A stretch of DNA of 64,000 bases. It comes from Ignavibacteriota bacterium. GTDB taxonomy: Bacteria; Bacteroidota; Ignavibacteria; UBA10030; UBA6906. The stretch covers positions 1,056,001 to 1,120,000 of the forward strand of contig CAWDEM010000004.1 of NCBI GenBank assembly GCA_963801355.1. The letters run 5' to 3'. Positions 1 to 9,694 of the stretch are shown one piece after another. The position numbers and the translations under genes are program-made. The notes under the pieces were generated by a model. The model was given only the letters and a program-made list of their open reading frames with translations. It was not told the DNA's origin and ran no database searches. How positions within the stretch are numbered: the stretch's first letter is position 1; each line of letters starts with the position of its first letter.

Positions 1-396
1 CGTCATTCCGACGAGAAGAAACACCGGGCCCTGCATGGCCTCTGGCGTGCACTGGTCCAGAATATGATGACCGGCGTGACAACCGGCTACTCGCGCAAGC
101 TCGAGCTGGTGGGCGTCGGGTACCGTGCGGAGCTCAAGGGAAAGAAATTACAGTTGCTGCTCGGGTTCTCGCATCCCATCCTCCTCGTGCCGCCCGAGAG
201 CATCACCATCCAGGCGCCGACGCAAACGAGCATCCTCGTCAGCGGCATCGACAAAATGCTGGTGGGGCAGGTCGCAGCGAAGATACGCTCCTTCCGTCCG
301 CCCGAACCGTACAAGGGCAAAGGCGTGAAGTACGAAGGCGAGCGGGTCCGGCGGAAAGCCGGCAAAGCGGCCGCTGCCGGCGGTGCAAAAACGTAA
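1..396 (+). CDS. rplF: 50S ribosomal protein L6 (5'-truncated by the window edge)
   Basis: C-terminal [13 protein letters not shown] motif and GVGYRA; lies upstream of L18. Confidence 0.97.
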   Translation, partial: RHSDEKKHRALHGLWRALVQNMMTGVTTGYSRKLELVGVGYRAELKGKKLQLLLGFSHPILLVPPESITIQAPTQTSILVSGIDKMLVGQVAAKIRSFRPPEPYKGKGVKYEGERVRRKAGKAAAAGGAKT

Positions 397-425
397 ACAC
401 GTAGTCCAGCGGGAGTGCGGAACGT

Positions 426-794
426 ATGATCACGAAGAACAGAATAGAGAATCGCAAACGTCTGAAGCGGCACATCAGGCAGCAGCTCTCCGGAACGCCG
501 GAGCGACCCCGCCTGACCGTCTTCCGGAGTCTGCGTCATGTGTATGCTCAGGTTGTGGACGACTCGACCGGAAAGACGCTGTTCGGCGTCTCCGACGTTT
601 CCAAGGATCTGGCGGATCAGTTCAAGGACATGAAGGGGCAGGTGGCGGTCGGGAAGAAAGTCGGACAATTGCTTGCCCTGAAGGCGGTGGAGAAGAAGAT
701 CACCCAGGTGGTGTTCGATCGGAACGGATTCCGCTATCACGGCGTCGTGAAGGCGGTGGCCGATGGCGCACGGGAAGGTGGCTTGAAGTTCTGA
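426..794 (+). CDS. rplR: 50S ribosomal protein L18
   Basis: RPRLTVFRSLRHVYAQ and VFDRNGFRYHGVVKAVADGAREGGLKF. Confidence 0.98.
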   Translation: MITKNRIENRKRLKRHIRQQLSGTPERPRLTVFRSLRHVYAQVVDDSTGKTLFGVSDVSKDLADQFKDMKGQVAVGKKVGQLLALKAVEKKITQVVFDRNGFRYHGVVKAVADGAREGGLKF

Positions 795-837
795 CCCGCG
801 CGCCGCTTCGGTGTCCGGGGCCGATGACGGTCTTCAT

Positions 838-908
838 TGTCGGGTCGTCTAATGGCAGGACAGCGGCCTTTGGAGCCGTGAGTAGAGGTTCGAATCCTCT
901 CCCGACAG
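838..908 (+). tRNA. tRNA-Gln (anticodon TTG); CCA not encoded
   Basis: Cloverleaf: acceptor TGTCGGG/CCCGACA, D-arm GTCT-AATGGC-AGGAC, anticodon arm GCGGC-CTTTGGA-GCCGT, T-arm AGAGG-TTCGAAT-CCTCT. Confidence 0.95.
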
Positions 909-964
909 CGCGAGTAGAGGATGCACGATAGAATAACATTGTGGTAACGTTGCGAGGACCATCG

Positions 965-1489
965 GTGGCACGAATCAAAACAAGCGAACTCGAACTCAAG
1001 GACAAGCTCGTCCATATCAACCGTGTGGCAAAGGTTGTGAAAGGCGGACGGCGGTTCAGTTTCAACGCGATCGTAGTGGTCGGCGACACCAAAGGCCATG
1101 TGGGCATCGGCCTCGGGAAGGCGAATGAGGTCGCTGATGCGATCGCCAAAGGCGTCGACGATGCCAAGAAAAACCTCGTCGAGGTGCCGATTGTGAAGGG
1201 GACGATTCCGCATCCGGTGATCGGCCGGTACGGTGCGGCCCGGGTGATGCTGAAGCCCGCCTCGCCGGGCACGGGTCTGATCGCGGGTGGCGGAGTGCGC
1301 GCGGTGCTCGAATCCGCCGGCGTCCACGACGTCCTGACGAAATCCATGGGCTCGTCCAATCCGCATAACGTCGTGAAAGCGACCATGGCGGCTCTGGAAG
1401 GTCTCACGGATGCCAGCATGGCGGCAGCGCGCCGCGGTATCACCCTGCCGGAGCTCTTCGGCACGACACCGGTTCAGACTACGGCTTAA
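965..1489 (+). CDS. rpsE: 30S ribosomal protein S5
   Basis: [16 protein letters not shown] and [12 protein letters not shown]; GTG start at 965 after GAGGA (the ORF track starts at 941). Confidence 0.97.
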   Translation: MARIKTSELELKDKLVHINRVAKVVKGGRRFSFNAIVVVGDTKGHVGIGLGKANEVADAIAKGVDDAKKNLVEVPIVKGTIPHPVIGRYGAARVMLKPASPGTGLIAGGGVRAVLESAGVHDVLTKSMGSSNPHNVVKATMAALEGLTDASMAAARRGITLPELFGTTPVQTTA

Positions 1490-1507
1490 GCGAAGAAGGA
1501 TACGACG

Positions 1508-1693
1508 ATGGCAGGCATGATCAAGATTACACAGGTGCGGAGCGTCATTGACCAGCTTGAATCGATGAAACGTACCATCAAGGCCTTGGGGCTCGGGCGA
1601 CCGAACAATGTGGTGGTGAAGAAGGACACGCCGGCGATTCGCGGCATGATCCGGAAAGTCCACCATATCGTGACCGTGGAAGAAGTGAAATAG
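1508..1693 (+). CDS. rpmD: 50S ribosomal protein L30
   Basis: IKITQVRSVI...TIKALGL...DTPAIRGMIRKV; synteny. Confidence 0.97.
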   Translation: MAGMIKITQVRSVIDQLESMKRTIKALGLGRPNNVVVKKDTPAIRGMIRKVHHIVTVEEVK

Positions 1694-1724
1694 CGGTTGA
1701 ATCTGAGGAAGAAAGCAGACGATC

Positions 1725-2207
1725 ATGGCACAGGATATTCTGAGTACACTCAAGCCGGCCGCAGGCGCGCGAAAGAAACGGAAGCGTATCGGGCGTGGCC
1801 AGGGTTCCGGCCACGGCAGCACGGCGACGCGCGGAGACAAGGGTGCGGGATCACGCTCCGGGTCCGAGTCCCGCGCCTGGTTTGAAGGCGGACAGATGCC
1901 GCTTTCCCGCAGGGTGCCGAAACGCGGGTTCCACAGTCCTTTCAAAGTGGAGTTCCAGGTGGTCAACCTCAAGACCCTCGAGCGCCTGGCAACGGAAGGC
2001 AAGTTGCAGAGCGGTTCCGTGACTCCTGAAGTGTTGGTGAAACTCGGCGTTGTGCGCTCACAACGGATGCAGGTAAAAATTCTCGGCTCGGGTGACGTGA
2101 AAGCCAAACTCAGTGTCGCCGCCCATGCCTTCAGTGCCTCCGCAGTCCAGAAAATCCAGGCCGCCGGCGGCACAACCCAAACGATCAGCTCAACCAGCAA
2201 AGAGTAA
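1725..2207 (+). CDS. rplO: 50S ribosomal protein L15
   Basis: RIGRGQGSGHG and FEGGQMPLSRRVPKRGF. Confidence 0.98.
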   Translation: MAQDILSTLKPAAGARKKRKRIGRGQGSGHGSTATRGDKGAGSRSGSESRAWFEGGQMPLSRRVPKRGFHSPFKVEFQVVNLKTLERLATEGKLQSGSVTPEVLVKLGVVRSQRMQVKILGSGDVKAKLSVAAHAFSASAVQKIQAAGGTTQTISSTSKE

Positions 2208-3532
2208 TGGCAAAGCTCGGCGAAAGTTTCCGGAATATTTTCAAGATACAGGAGCTGCGGACGCGTCTGCTGTTTACCGCGGCACTCCTGTTGGTGGTGC
2301 GCCTCGGTGCACACGTGACGCTGCCCGGCGTTGATGCCTCGCTGCTCGCAAAAGCAGAGGCAAGCCAGGCCTCCAACACCCTGTTCGGACTGTACGACCT
2401 CTTCGTCGGCGGTGCATTCAAGAATGCGGCGGTCTTCGCGCTCGGCATCATGCCGTACATCAGCGCGTCGATCATCCTGCAGCTCCTCGGCGCCGTCGTT
2501 CCCTACTTCCAGAAGCTGTCAAAAGAAGGGGAAGAGGGACGGAAGAAGATCAACCAGCTCACGCGCTACGGCACGGTCCTTGTCTCCGCCCTGCAGGCGT
2601 GGGGGGTCAGCGTGCGACTCACCAGCCTGTCCGTCGAAGGGCTCCCAATCGTTCCGATGGAAGTGCAGGGGCTGGGCTTCACCCTGAGTACCGTGGTCTA
2701 CCTGACAACGGGCACCATCTTCATGATGTGGCTCGGTGAACAGATCACCGAACGCGGTCTGGGGAACGGCATCTCCCTCATCATCTTCATCGGTATCATC
2801 GCACGGTTTCCGCACTCAATTATTGACCAGTTCCGGGTGAGCCAGAACATCATCATCGGCCTGATTATCCTGGCGGTCATGATCGCCATCATTGCGGGCG
2901 TCGTGTTGGTCACCCAGGGTACGCGTCGCATCCCGGTGCAGTATGCAAAACGTGTCGTGGGTCGCAAGGTGTACGGTGGCGTGACGCAGTACATTCCCCT
3001 GCGTGTGAACACCGCCGGTGTCATGCCCATCATCTTTGCACAGTCGATCATGTTCATCCCGAGCACGATCCTGACGTTTTTCCCCGAGAGCGAATTTGTG
3101 CAGACTCTGTCCGGATATCTGGAGTACACATCGGCCACGTATTCGGTCATGTATGCAATCATGATCGTGTTCTTCACGTATTTCTACACGGCTATCGCGT
3201 TCAATCCGAAGGACGTGTCCGAAAACATGCAGAAACAGGGGGGCTTCATTCCCGGCATCCGTCCCGGGAAGCACACGGCCGATTTCATTGATAACATCCT
3301 GACGAAGATCACCCTGCCCGGGTCCATCTTCCTGGCGATCGTCGCGATCCTGCCGGCGGTGGTGTCGCGGTTTGGTGTGACGCCGAGCTTCGCCCAGTTC
3401 TTCGGCGGCACGAGCTTGCTGATTATGGTGGGTGTCGCACTCGACACGCTGCAACAGGTTGAGTCGCATCTTCTGATGCGGCATTATGACGGATTTATGA
3501 AGTCGGGACGGATGAAGGGAAGGATTCGCTGA
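2207..3532 (+). CDS. secY: Preprotein translocase subunit SecY
   Basis: FALGIMPYISASII, WLGEQITERGLGNGISLII and IPGIRPG; about 10 TM segments. Confidence 0.99.
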   Translation: MAKLGESFRNIFKIQELRTRLLFTAALLLVVRLGAHVTLPGVDASLLAKAEASQASNTLFGLYDLFVGGAFKNAAVFALGIMPYISASIILQLLGAVVPYFQKLSKEGEEGRKKINQLTRYGTVLVSALQAWGVSVRLTSLSVEGLPIVPMEVQGLGFTLSTVVYLTTGTIFMMWLGEQITERGLGNGISLIIFIGIIARFPHSIIDQFRVSQNIIIGLIILAVMIAIIAGVVLVTQGTRRIPVQYAKRVVGRKVYGGVTQYIPLRVNTAGVMPIIFAQSIMFIPSTILTFFPESEFVQTLSGYLEYTSATYSVMYAIMIVFFTYFYTAIAFNPKDVSENMQKQGGFIPGIRPGKHTADFIDNILTKITLPGSIFLAIVAILPAVVSRFGVTPSFAQFFGGTSLLIMVGVALDTLQQVESHLLMRHYDGFMKSGRMKGRIR

Positions 3533-3538
3533 GAGGCG

Positions 3539-4309
3539 ATGGCGCGAGTGCCGTTGAAGACGGAGCGCGACATTGCGCTCATGCGCGAAAGCGGAAGAAT
3601 TGTCGCAGAGGTGCTGGCGCTCGTCGGCGGGTACGTCCGCCCCGGCGTAACAACGAGCGAACTGGATGCTCTGGCCGAGGAATATATCCGGTCACACCAG
3701 GGCACCCCGGCCTTCAAAGGATACGGACCGGACCGCCGGAACCCGTTTCCGGCCACGCTGTGCGTATCGATTGATGATGTGGTCGTCCATGGAATTCCGG
3801 ACGGGCGGGAACTGCAAGAGGGGGAGATCGTGTCGGTGGACGTAGGGGTGCAGAAGGGTGGATGGTTCGGCGACGGTGCCCGGACATTCCCGGTGGGGCG
3901 AATCAGTGAGGAAAAGACACGGCTGCTGAACGTCACGGAGGAAGCGCTGGGGGCAGGCATCGCCAGGGCGCAGGCAGGGAACCGGTTGCATGATGTCTCC
4001 GCCGCCGTCCAGAAAGTTGTCGAGGCCGCCGGCTACTCCGTCGTCCGTGACCTGGTGGGACATGGCATCGGCAAACAGTTGCACGAGGAACCGGCTGTAC
4101 CGAATTTTGGCGTGGAAGGAACGGGAGTGCTATTGCGGGAAGGGATGACGCTGGCGATTGAGCCGATGGTCAATGCAGGAACATACGTGGTGCACCTGGG
4201 TGAGGATGGGTGGACGGTGCGGACGGCAGACGGGCGACCCTCTGCGCACTTCGAACATACGGTGGCTATCACACAGGGAGAGGCCGAGATCCTGACACAT
4301 CATGGCTAA
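3539..4309 (+). CDS. map: Type I methionine aminopeptidase
   Basis: VVHGIP, GHGIG..HEEP, AIEPM and SAHFEHT. Confidence 0.98.
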   Translation: MARVPLKTERDIALMRESGRIVAEVLALVGGYVRPGVTTSELDALAEEYIRSHQGTPAFKGYGPDRRNPFPATLCVSIDDVVVHGIPDGRELQEGEIVSVDVGVQKGGWFGDGARTFPVGRISEEKTRLLNVTEEALGAGIARAQAGNRLHDVSAAVQKVVEAAGYSVVRDLVGHGIGKQLHEEPAVPNFGVEGTGVLLREGMTLAIEPMVNAGTYVVHLGEDGWTVRTADGRPSAHFEHTVAITQGEAEILTHHG

Positions 4310-4520
4310 GCAGGGGCCCATAAAGGTCGATGGTGTGATCACGGAGACGTTGCCGAACGCGACGTTCAAAGTGAGCCTGGACGGCGGCCACACGATTCTT
4401 GCCCACATTTCGGGCAAGATGCGGATGAATTTTATCAAGATCCTGGTTGGTGACAAGGTGACGGTGGAACTGTCGCCCTATGACCTGTCTAAGGGCAGAA
4501 TCACCTACCGGTATAAATAA
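4302..4520 (+). CDS. infA: Translation initiation factor IF-1
   Basis: [36 protein letters not shown]. Confidence 0.99.
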   Translation: MAKQGPIKVDGVITETLPNATFKVSLDGGHTILAHISGKMRMNFIKILVGDKVTVELSPYDLSKGRITYRYK

Positions 4521-4538
4521 GGACGGAGCGGACAGCGC

Positions 4539-4652
4539 ATGAAAGTTCGGTCATCAGTCAAGAAAATCTGCCGGAACTGCAAGATTATCCGGCGCAAAGG
4601 GGTGGTTCGCGTGATCTGTACGAACCCCAAGCACAAACAGCGTCAAGGCTAA
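4539..4652 (+). CDS. rpmJ: 50S ribosomal protein L36 (not in the ORF track; Zn-binding form)
   Basis: Translated by hand: [37 protein letters not shown]. Confidence 0.98.
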   Translation: MKVRSSVKKICRNCKIIRRKGVVRVICTNPKHKQRQG

Positions 4653-4667
4653 AGGAGGAGCACAGGC

Positions 4668-5051
4668 GTGGCTCGTATTGCGGGAATTGATCTGCCCAAG
4701 AAGAAACGCGCGGAAATCGGCCTGACCTACATCACCGGGATAGGGCGCGCATCATCACTCGCCATCCTGACGAAGGCGGGCGTCGATATCAACAAGAAGG
4801 TCGGCGATCTGAACGACGATGAGGTCCAGCGCATTCGCTCGATCATCACCGCCGAATACAAAGTGGAAGGCGCGCTCCGGAGCGAGACACAGATGAACAT
4901 CAAACGGTTGATGGACATCGGGTGTTACCGGGGTATCCGTCATCGCCGGGGGTTACCGGTGCGGGGCCAGCGGACGCGTACCAACTCACGCACGCGCAAG
5001 GGCCGCAGAAAGACCGTGGCCGGCAAGAAAAAAGTGATGGCCAAGACGTAA
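4668..5051 (+). CDS. rpsM: 30S ribosomal protein S13
   Basis: [10 protein letters not shown] and [18 protein letters not shown]; AGGAGG SD. Confidence 0.99.
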   Translation: MARIAGIDLPKKKRAEIGLTYITGIGRASSLAILTKAGVDINKKVGDLNDDEVQRIRSIITAEYKVEGALRSETQMNIKRLMDIGCYRGIRHRRGLPVRGQRTRTNSRTRKGRRKTVAGKKKVMAKT

Positions 5052-5112
5052 CAATTGTGAATGGTGGATCTACAATCCACAATTGTGAATGGTGGATCCA
5101 CCTCCACAATTG
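5051..5112. repeat. Tandem and palindromic intergenic repeat between rpsM and rpsK
   Basis: ACAATTGTGAATGGTGGATC at 5051 and 5079 (28-bp period), and a third ACAATTG at 5106; GGTGGATC/GATCCACC and CAATTGTG/CACAATTG are complementary. Confidence 0.85.
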
Positions 5113-5137
5113 ACGAGTATCATTATCGGAGGAAGAC

Positions 5138-5551
5138 GTGGCGAAGACCAGCCAGCAGAACAGTCCTAGAGCCGATCTCACCAGGAAGAAGAAGAAAATC
5201 CAGGTGGATGTGAGCGGCAAAGTATTCGTCAAAGCAACGTTCAACAACGTTATTGTGACGATCACCGACGTGTACGGTAACACGATCAGCTGGTCGTCGG
5301 CCGGCAAGAACGGATTCAAGGGGTCCCGCAAGAATACCCCGTTTGCCGCGCAGGTGTCGGCGGAAGCGGCGGCAAAGACCGCGCATGATCTCGGGCTCCG
5401 CAAAGTGGAAGTGTTTGTGAAAGGACCCGGTTCGGGACGGGAGGCGGCGATCCGTGCGCTCCAGACCGCAGGACTTGAGATCAGCAGCATCCGGGACGTG
5501 ACGCCAATTCCGCACAACGGCTGCCGTCCGCCAAAGAGACGCAGAGTATAA
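5138..5551 (+). CDS. rpsK: 30S ribosomal protein S11
   Basis: [14 protein letters not shown] and [18 protein letters not shown]. Confidence 0.99.
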   Translation: MAKTSQQNSPRADLTRKKKKIQVDVSGKVFVKATFNNVIVTITDVYGNTISWSSAGKNGFKGSRKNTPFAAQVSAEAAAKTAHDLGLRKVEVFVKGPGSGREAAIRALQTAGLEISSIRDVTPIPHNGCRPPKRRRV

Positions 5552-5567
5552 CGCAGGAAAAACTTCT

Positions 5568-6197
5568 ATGGCTCGATACATCGATTCAAGTTGCAGATTA
5601 TGCCGTCGCGAACGGCACAAGTTGTTCCTCAAGGGGACGAAGTGCTTCACGGAGAAGTGCCCGATGGAGCGCCGCGCCTATCCGCCCGGACAACACGGCC
5701 AATCACGGCGCACCAAGGTCTCCGAGTACGGCGTCCAGCTGCGCGAAAAGCAGAAGATCCGCAGGATGTACGGACTGATGGAAGCGCAGTTCAAGAACCT
5801 CTTCGCGCGCGCACTGCGGGCGGAAGGCCGCACGGCGGAAAACCTGGTGAAGCTCCTCGAGCGCAGGATGGACAACGTGGTCTACCGGCTGGGCTTCGCG
5901 CCGTCGCGGAAAGCCGCGCGTCAGCTGGTGGTGCACGGTCACTTTTTCGTGAACAATACCCCCGTCGACATACCGTCGTACCTGCTCAAGGCAGGCGATA
6001 CCATACAGGTGCGGGACAAGAGCAAGAAGCTGGAGGTGCTGCATGCCTCCATGAAGCGGATGAAGGACACCGCCATGCTGCCGTGGTTGAGTCTCGACAA
6101 GGCAGCGATGGTCGGCACGTTCCTGAATGTTCCCGAGCGGGCAGACATTCCGCTCGATGCGAACGAACAACTCATCGTTGAATTGTATTCGAAGTAA
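5568..6197 (+). CDS. rpsD: 30S ribosomal protein S4 (Zn-binding form)
   Basis: CRLCRRE..KC..EKC, PPGQHG, LERRMDNVVYRLG and IVELYSK. Confidence 0.99.
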   Translation: MARYIDSSCRLCRRERHKLFLKGTKCFTEKCPMERRAYPPGQHGQSRRTKVSEYGVQLREKQKIRRMYGLMEAQFKNLFARALRAEGRTAENLVKLLERRMDNVVYRLGFAPSRKAARQLVVHGHFFVNNTPVDIPSYLLKAGDTIQVRDKSKKLEVLHASMKRMKDTAMLPWLSLDKAAMVGTFLNVPERADIPLDANEQLIVELYSK

Positions 6198-6223
6198 TGT
6201 CCTTTAGAGAGGGTGACTACGCC

Positions 6224-7210
6224 ATGACCATGGGAACAATCCAGATGCCGGAGAAGATTCACCTGGATGAATCGACCCACTCCTCGACCTTCGGGCGCTT
6301 CATCGTCCAGCCGCTGGAAAAGGGGTTCGGGGTCACCATCGGGAACTCCATGCGACGCGTGCTGCTGTCGTCGCTGCCCGGCTATGCCATCACCGCGTTT
6401 CGCGTCGACGGCGTCGCACATGAGTTTTCCACCATCCCCGGTGTTGTCGAGGATGTGCCGGATTTCGTCCTCAACCTGAAGCAGGTCCGGATGAAGATGG
6501 TCAACAAGAAGGCCAACCGGGTGGTCATCGCCCTGAAGGGTCCGAAAACCTTCACCGCCGGTGATCTGCAACAGGCATCGTCGGACATCGAGATCCTGAA
6601 TCCGGATCTCCCGATCGCCACGCTGAACAGCGATGCCAGTTTCGAGCTGGAGCTCAGAGTCGGCCGGGGTATCGGGTACATGGTCGCGGAAGAGAACAAG
6701 GCACCCGACCAGCCGCTGGGTCTTATCCCGATCGACGCGATCTTCACGCCGATCCGCAATGTGCGGTTCTTTGTGGAGACCACCCGTGTCGGCCAGCAGA
6801 CGGATTACGAGAAGCTGGCCATCGAAGTGGAGACCGACGGATCAATAACGCCGGAAGACGCCATGGCATACGCCGGCAAGATCCTCCGCGACCACATCCA
6901 GCTGTTCATCAACTTCGACGTCGAGCCCGAAGCGCCCAAGGTGGAGTCGGCACAGGACGCGGAGTTCCAGCGCATCCGCAAGGTGCTGATGACTGCCGTG
7001 GACGAACTTGAGCTGTCGGTCCGCTCCCACAACTGCCTCCGCGCGGCGAATATCAAAACCATCGCGGATCTCGTGCGCCGCGACGAAAGCGAGCTCCTGA
7101 AGTTCCGCAACTTCGGCCGCAAATCCCTGGCCGAACTCTCCGAAATCGTGGAGGCGGAGAAGCTCACCTTCGGCATGGATGTGGATAAGTACCTAAAAGA
7201 CACTGAGTGA
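6224..7210 (+). CDS. rpoA: RNA polymerase subunit alpha
   Basis: PLEKGFGVTIGNSMRRVLLSSLPG and alpha-CTD LELSVRSHNCL..NFGRKSL; the start could be 6197. Confidence 0.98.
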   Translation: MTMGTIQMPEKIHLDESTHSSTFGRFIVQPLEKGFGVTIGNSMRRVLLSSLPGYAITAFRVDGVAHEFSTIPGVVEDVPDFVLNLKQVRMKMVNKKANRVVIALKGPKTFTAGDLQQASSDIEILNPDLPIATLNSDASFELELRVGRGIGYMVAEENKAPDQPLGLIPIDAIFTPIRNVRFFVETTRVGQQTDYEKLAIEVETDGSITPEDAMAYAGKILRDHIQLFINFDVEPEAPKVESAQDAEFQRIRKVLMTAVDELELSVRSHNCLRAANIKTIADLVRRDESELLKFRNFGRKSLAELSEIVEAEKLTFGMDVDKYLKDTE

Positions 7211-7234
7211 CAGACACCTAAGCGGACGATTATT

Positions 7235-7807
7235 ATGCGACATCGTGTATCAGGCCGGAAATTAAAACGCACCGCAAGCCATCGCCGCGCCACCCTGGGT
7301 GCGCTCGCAACGGCGTTGCTGAAGCACAAACGGATCACCACCACCGTGGCGAAGGCGAAAGAACTTCGCATGGTGGTGGAGAAGATGATCACGCGTGCAA
7401 AACACGCCCGTGCGGCTGATGCCAAGGCCGTGACCGGCGGGGACCGGGCCAAGAAGTTCGTCGAGGCCGGCGGCCATGCGCGCCGCGAAGTCGCCAGGCT
7501 GGTAAAGGACCGTGAAGCGGTGACCGATCTGTTTACCGTGATCGCCGAGAAGGTGGCCACGCGTCCGGGCGGCTATACCCGTATTGTGAAACTCGGTCAA
7601 CGGTATGGTGACGCAGCGGAATTGGCCGTGATCGAGCTGGTGGATTTCAATGCCGCCCAGGAATCGGCGGCAAAGAAGAAGACGGCAAAGAAGACGGCTA
7701 AGGCGGCTGGAAAAGGGTCGCCGAAACGCAAGACGGCCAAAGTCAAAAAAGCTGAAGCCCCCGCAGCTCCGAAAGAGCAGGCGGCGGATGCTTCGGCATC
7801 AGCGTAA
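7235..7807 (+). CDS. rplQ: 50S ribosomal protein L17 with Lys/Ala-rich C-terminal extension
   Basis: MRHR..GRKLKRTASHR, ITTTVAKAKELR and RPGGYTRIVKLG. Confidence 0.98.
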   Translation: MRHRVSGRKLKRTASHRRATLGALATALLKHKRITTTVAKAKELRMVVEKMITRAKHARAADAKAVTGGDRAKKFVEAGGHARREVARLVKDREAVTDLFTVIAEKVATRPGGYTRIVKLGQRYGDAAELAVIELVDFNAAQESAAKKKTAKKTAKAAGKGSPKRKTAKVKKAEAPAAPKEQAADASASA

Positions 7808-7831
7808 CATGGCGGCAGTGTCTCCTCGCGT

Positions 7832-8425
7832 ATGAAGATTACCACGGCGGAATTCGTTCTCGGGGCGGTCAACCTCCGCCAGCTTCCCAAAGACGGCCTG
7901 TCAGAAGTGGCCTTCCTCGGCCGCTCCAACGTGGGCAAGTCGTCTTTCATCAACAAGCTGTGCAACCGGAAGTCCCTCGCCCGACCCAGTTCAGAACCGG
8001 GAAAAACCCGCGAAATGAACTACTATGTCATCAACAAACAGTTCTACTTCGTGGACCTCCCCGGCTACGGCTATGCCCGGCTCCCGGAACAGATTCGCTC
8101 CAGCTGGGGAAAGCTGATTGAGCAGTATCTCAAGACCCGCGAGCAGCTCTCCCTCGTCCTCCAGCTCGTGGATGCCCGGCACGAACCGACCGAACTGGAT
8201 ATGATGATGGTCGGTTGGCTTGACTACTACGAAATTCCTTTCCTCGTTGCGCTGACCAAAGCCGACAAGCTCCCGGTGAGCAAGATGCCCCGGTTCGTTG
8301 ACACGGCAAGAGAATCCTTCGCCCGCTTTGCCAACTGCAGAGGTGTTCTGCCGTTCTCCTCGATCACCGGATTGGGCAAAAACGACGTCGTCAAGATCAT
8401 CGGGGAGCACCTGACGAAAGCATAG
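7832..8425 (+). CDS. engB: Ribosome biogenesis GTPase YihA/YsxC
   Basis: GRSNVGKSS, PGKTR, DLPGYGYA and TKADK motifs. Confidence 0.96.
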   Translation: MKITTAEFVLGAVNLRQLPKDGLSEVAFLGRSNVGKSSFINKLCNRKSLARPSSEPGKTREMNYYVINKQFYFVDLPGYGYARLPEQIRSSWGKLIEQYLKTREQLSLVLQLVDARHEPTELDMMMVGWLDYYEIPFLVALTKADKLPVSKMPRFVDTARESFARFANCRGVLPFSSITGLGKNDVVKIIGEHLTKA

Positions 8426-8434
8426 CAGTCCTTT

Positions 8435-9562
8435 GTGAAAACACGCCTCTTCACTCCCGGCCCCACACCCGTTCCAGAGCAAGTCCTCCTCCGCATGGCG
8501 GCACCGCTTATTCACCACCGCCATCCCGAATTCCGCGCGATGTTCCATCGCGTAAATGAAAACCTCCGCTACGTGTTCCAGACCACTCAGCCGGTGATGA
8601 CATTGTGCTGTTCCGGCACCGGGGCGATGGAGGCAACGTTCATCAATCTATTTTCGCCGGGGGAGAGTGTGATTGCCGTCAACGGCGGGAAGTTCGGAGA
8701 GCGCTGGGTGCAGATGCCCCGCACGTTCGGGTTGAACGCCATAGAAATCAAAGTGGAGTGGGGCAAAGCGGTCGATGCTGCCCGTGTTGCCGATGCGTTG
8801 CGCGCGCACCCTGAGGCGAAAGCGGTCTATGTGACGCACAGCGAGACATCAACCGGTGCCGTGATTGACCTGGAAGCGATTGCAAAGGCGGTCCGCATGG
8901 AGAGCGACGCATTGATCTGCGTCGATGGCATAACGTCGGTAGGTGCCCACGAGCTCCGGTTTGACGGGTGGGGCATCGATGCGTGCGTCACAGGTTCGCA
9001 AAAAGGTCTGATGATTCCCCCGGGTCTGGCATTTGTGGCGCTCAGCAAACGCGCGATCGCCGCCATGGAACGGTCCACGATGCCCAGATTCTATTTCGAC
9101 CTGCGCCGCGCTCTGAAGGCCCTTGAAACAGATGACACACCTTGGACGCCGGCAATCTCCCTCATTGCCGGGCTCGATACCGCTCTGGAGATGATACGTG
9201 CTGAGGGAATGGAGCGGGTGTGGGAGAGGCATCGACGGTTGGCGACCGCGCTTCGCGCCGGGGTGGCCGCCCTCGGACTGCGGTTGTTTTCAGACACACC
9301 TTCGTATGCAGTGACGCCTATCTGGCTCCCCGAGGGGATAGAGTGGAAGAAGTTTTCGGCCGCTCTTGAGAAAGAGAACGGGATCACGGTTGCCGGGGGG
9401 CAGGGGGAGTTTACCGGGAGGATCTTCCGCATCGCCCACCTTGGGTATTTTGATGAGCTGGACATGGTCGCCGTAGTTGCGGCTCTTGAGAGGGCACTCA
9501 GGACCTGCGGTTACGCATTTCCTGCCGGTGCGGGCGTCGCTGCGGTGCAAATGGCGTTCTGA
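8435..9562 (+). CDS. Class V PLP aminotransferase (serine/alanine-glyoxylate family)
   Basis: LFTPGPT, SGTGAMEA, HSETSTG and GSQKGLMIPPG (PLP lysine). Confidence 0.92.
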   Translation: MKTRLFTPGPTPVPEQVLLRMAAPLIHHRHPEFRAMFHRVNENLRYVFQTTQPVMTLCCSGTGAMEATFINLFSPGESVIAVNGGKFGERWVQMPRTFGLNAIEIKVEWGKAVDAARVADALRAHPEAKAVYVTHSETSTGAVIDLEAIAKAVRMESDALICVDGITSVGAHELRFDGWGIDACVTGSQKGLMIPPGLAFVALSKRAIAAMERSTMPRFYFDLRRALKALETDDTPWTPAISLIAGLDTALEMIRAEGMERVWERHRRLATALRAGVAALGLRLFSDTPSYAVTPIWLPEGIEWKKFSAALEKENGITVAGGQGEFTGRIFRIAHLGYFDELDMVAVVAALERALRTCGYAFPAGAGVAAVQMAF

Positions 9563-9616
9563 GCCTATTTTGGCCTAAAGAAAGCGACGAAATGCGCCTG
9601 TTTTGAAATTCAACAC

Positions 9617-9645
9617 TTGACAAACACAAAGGGGGTATTTATATT
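9617..9645 (+). promoter_or_regulatory. Sigma70-type promoter of the TBDR operon
   Basis: TTGACA(9617)-17 bp-TATATT(9640) in an AT-rich intergenic region. Confidence 0.7.
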
Positions 9646-9694
9646 AATCACCGCCACTTCTATACATTCCAGAGCTATTCATTAATATCCGACG

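Noticed and set aside
737-2314. Long antisense ORFs (for example 737-2314, 13375-15102, 25282-26586, 36240-37511, 58005-59669)
   Set aside because: They are shadows of well-supported genes in GC-rich, codon-biased DNA and carry no family motifs.
3532-3539. Absence of adk between secY and map
   Set aside because: This is a common arrangement in FCB-group genomes.
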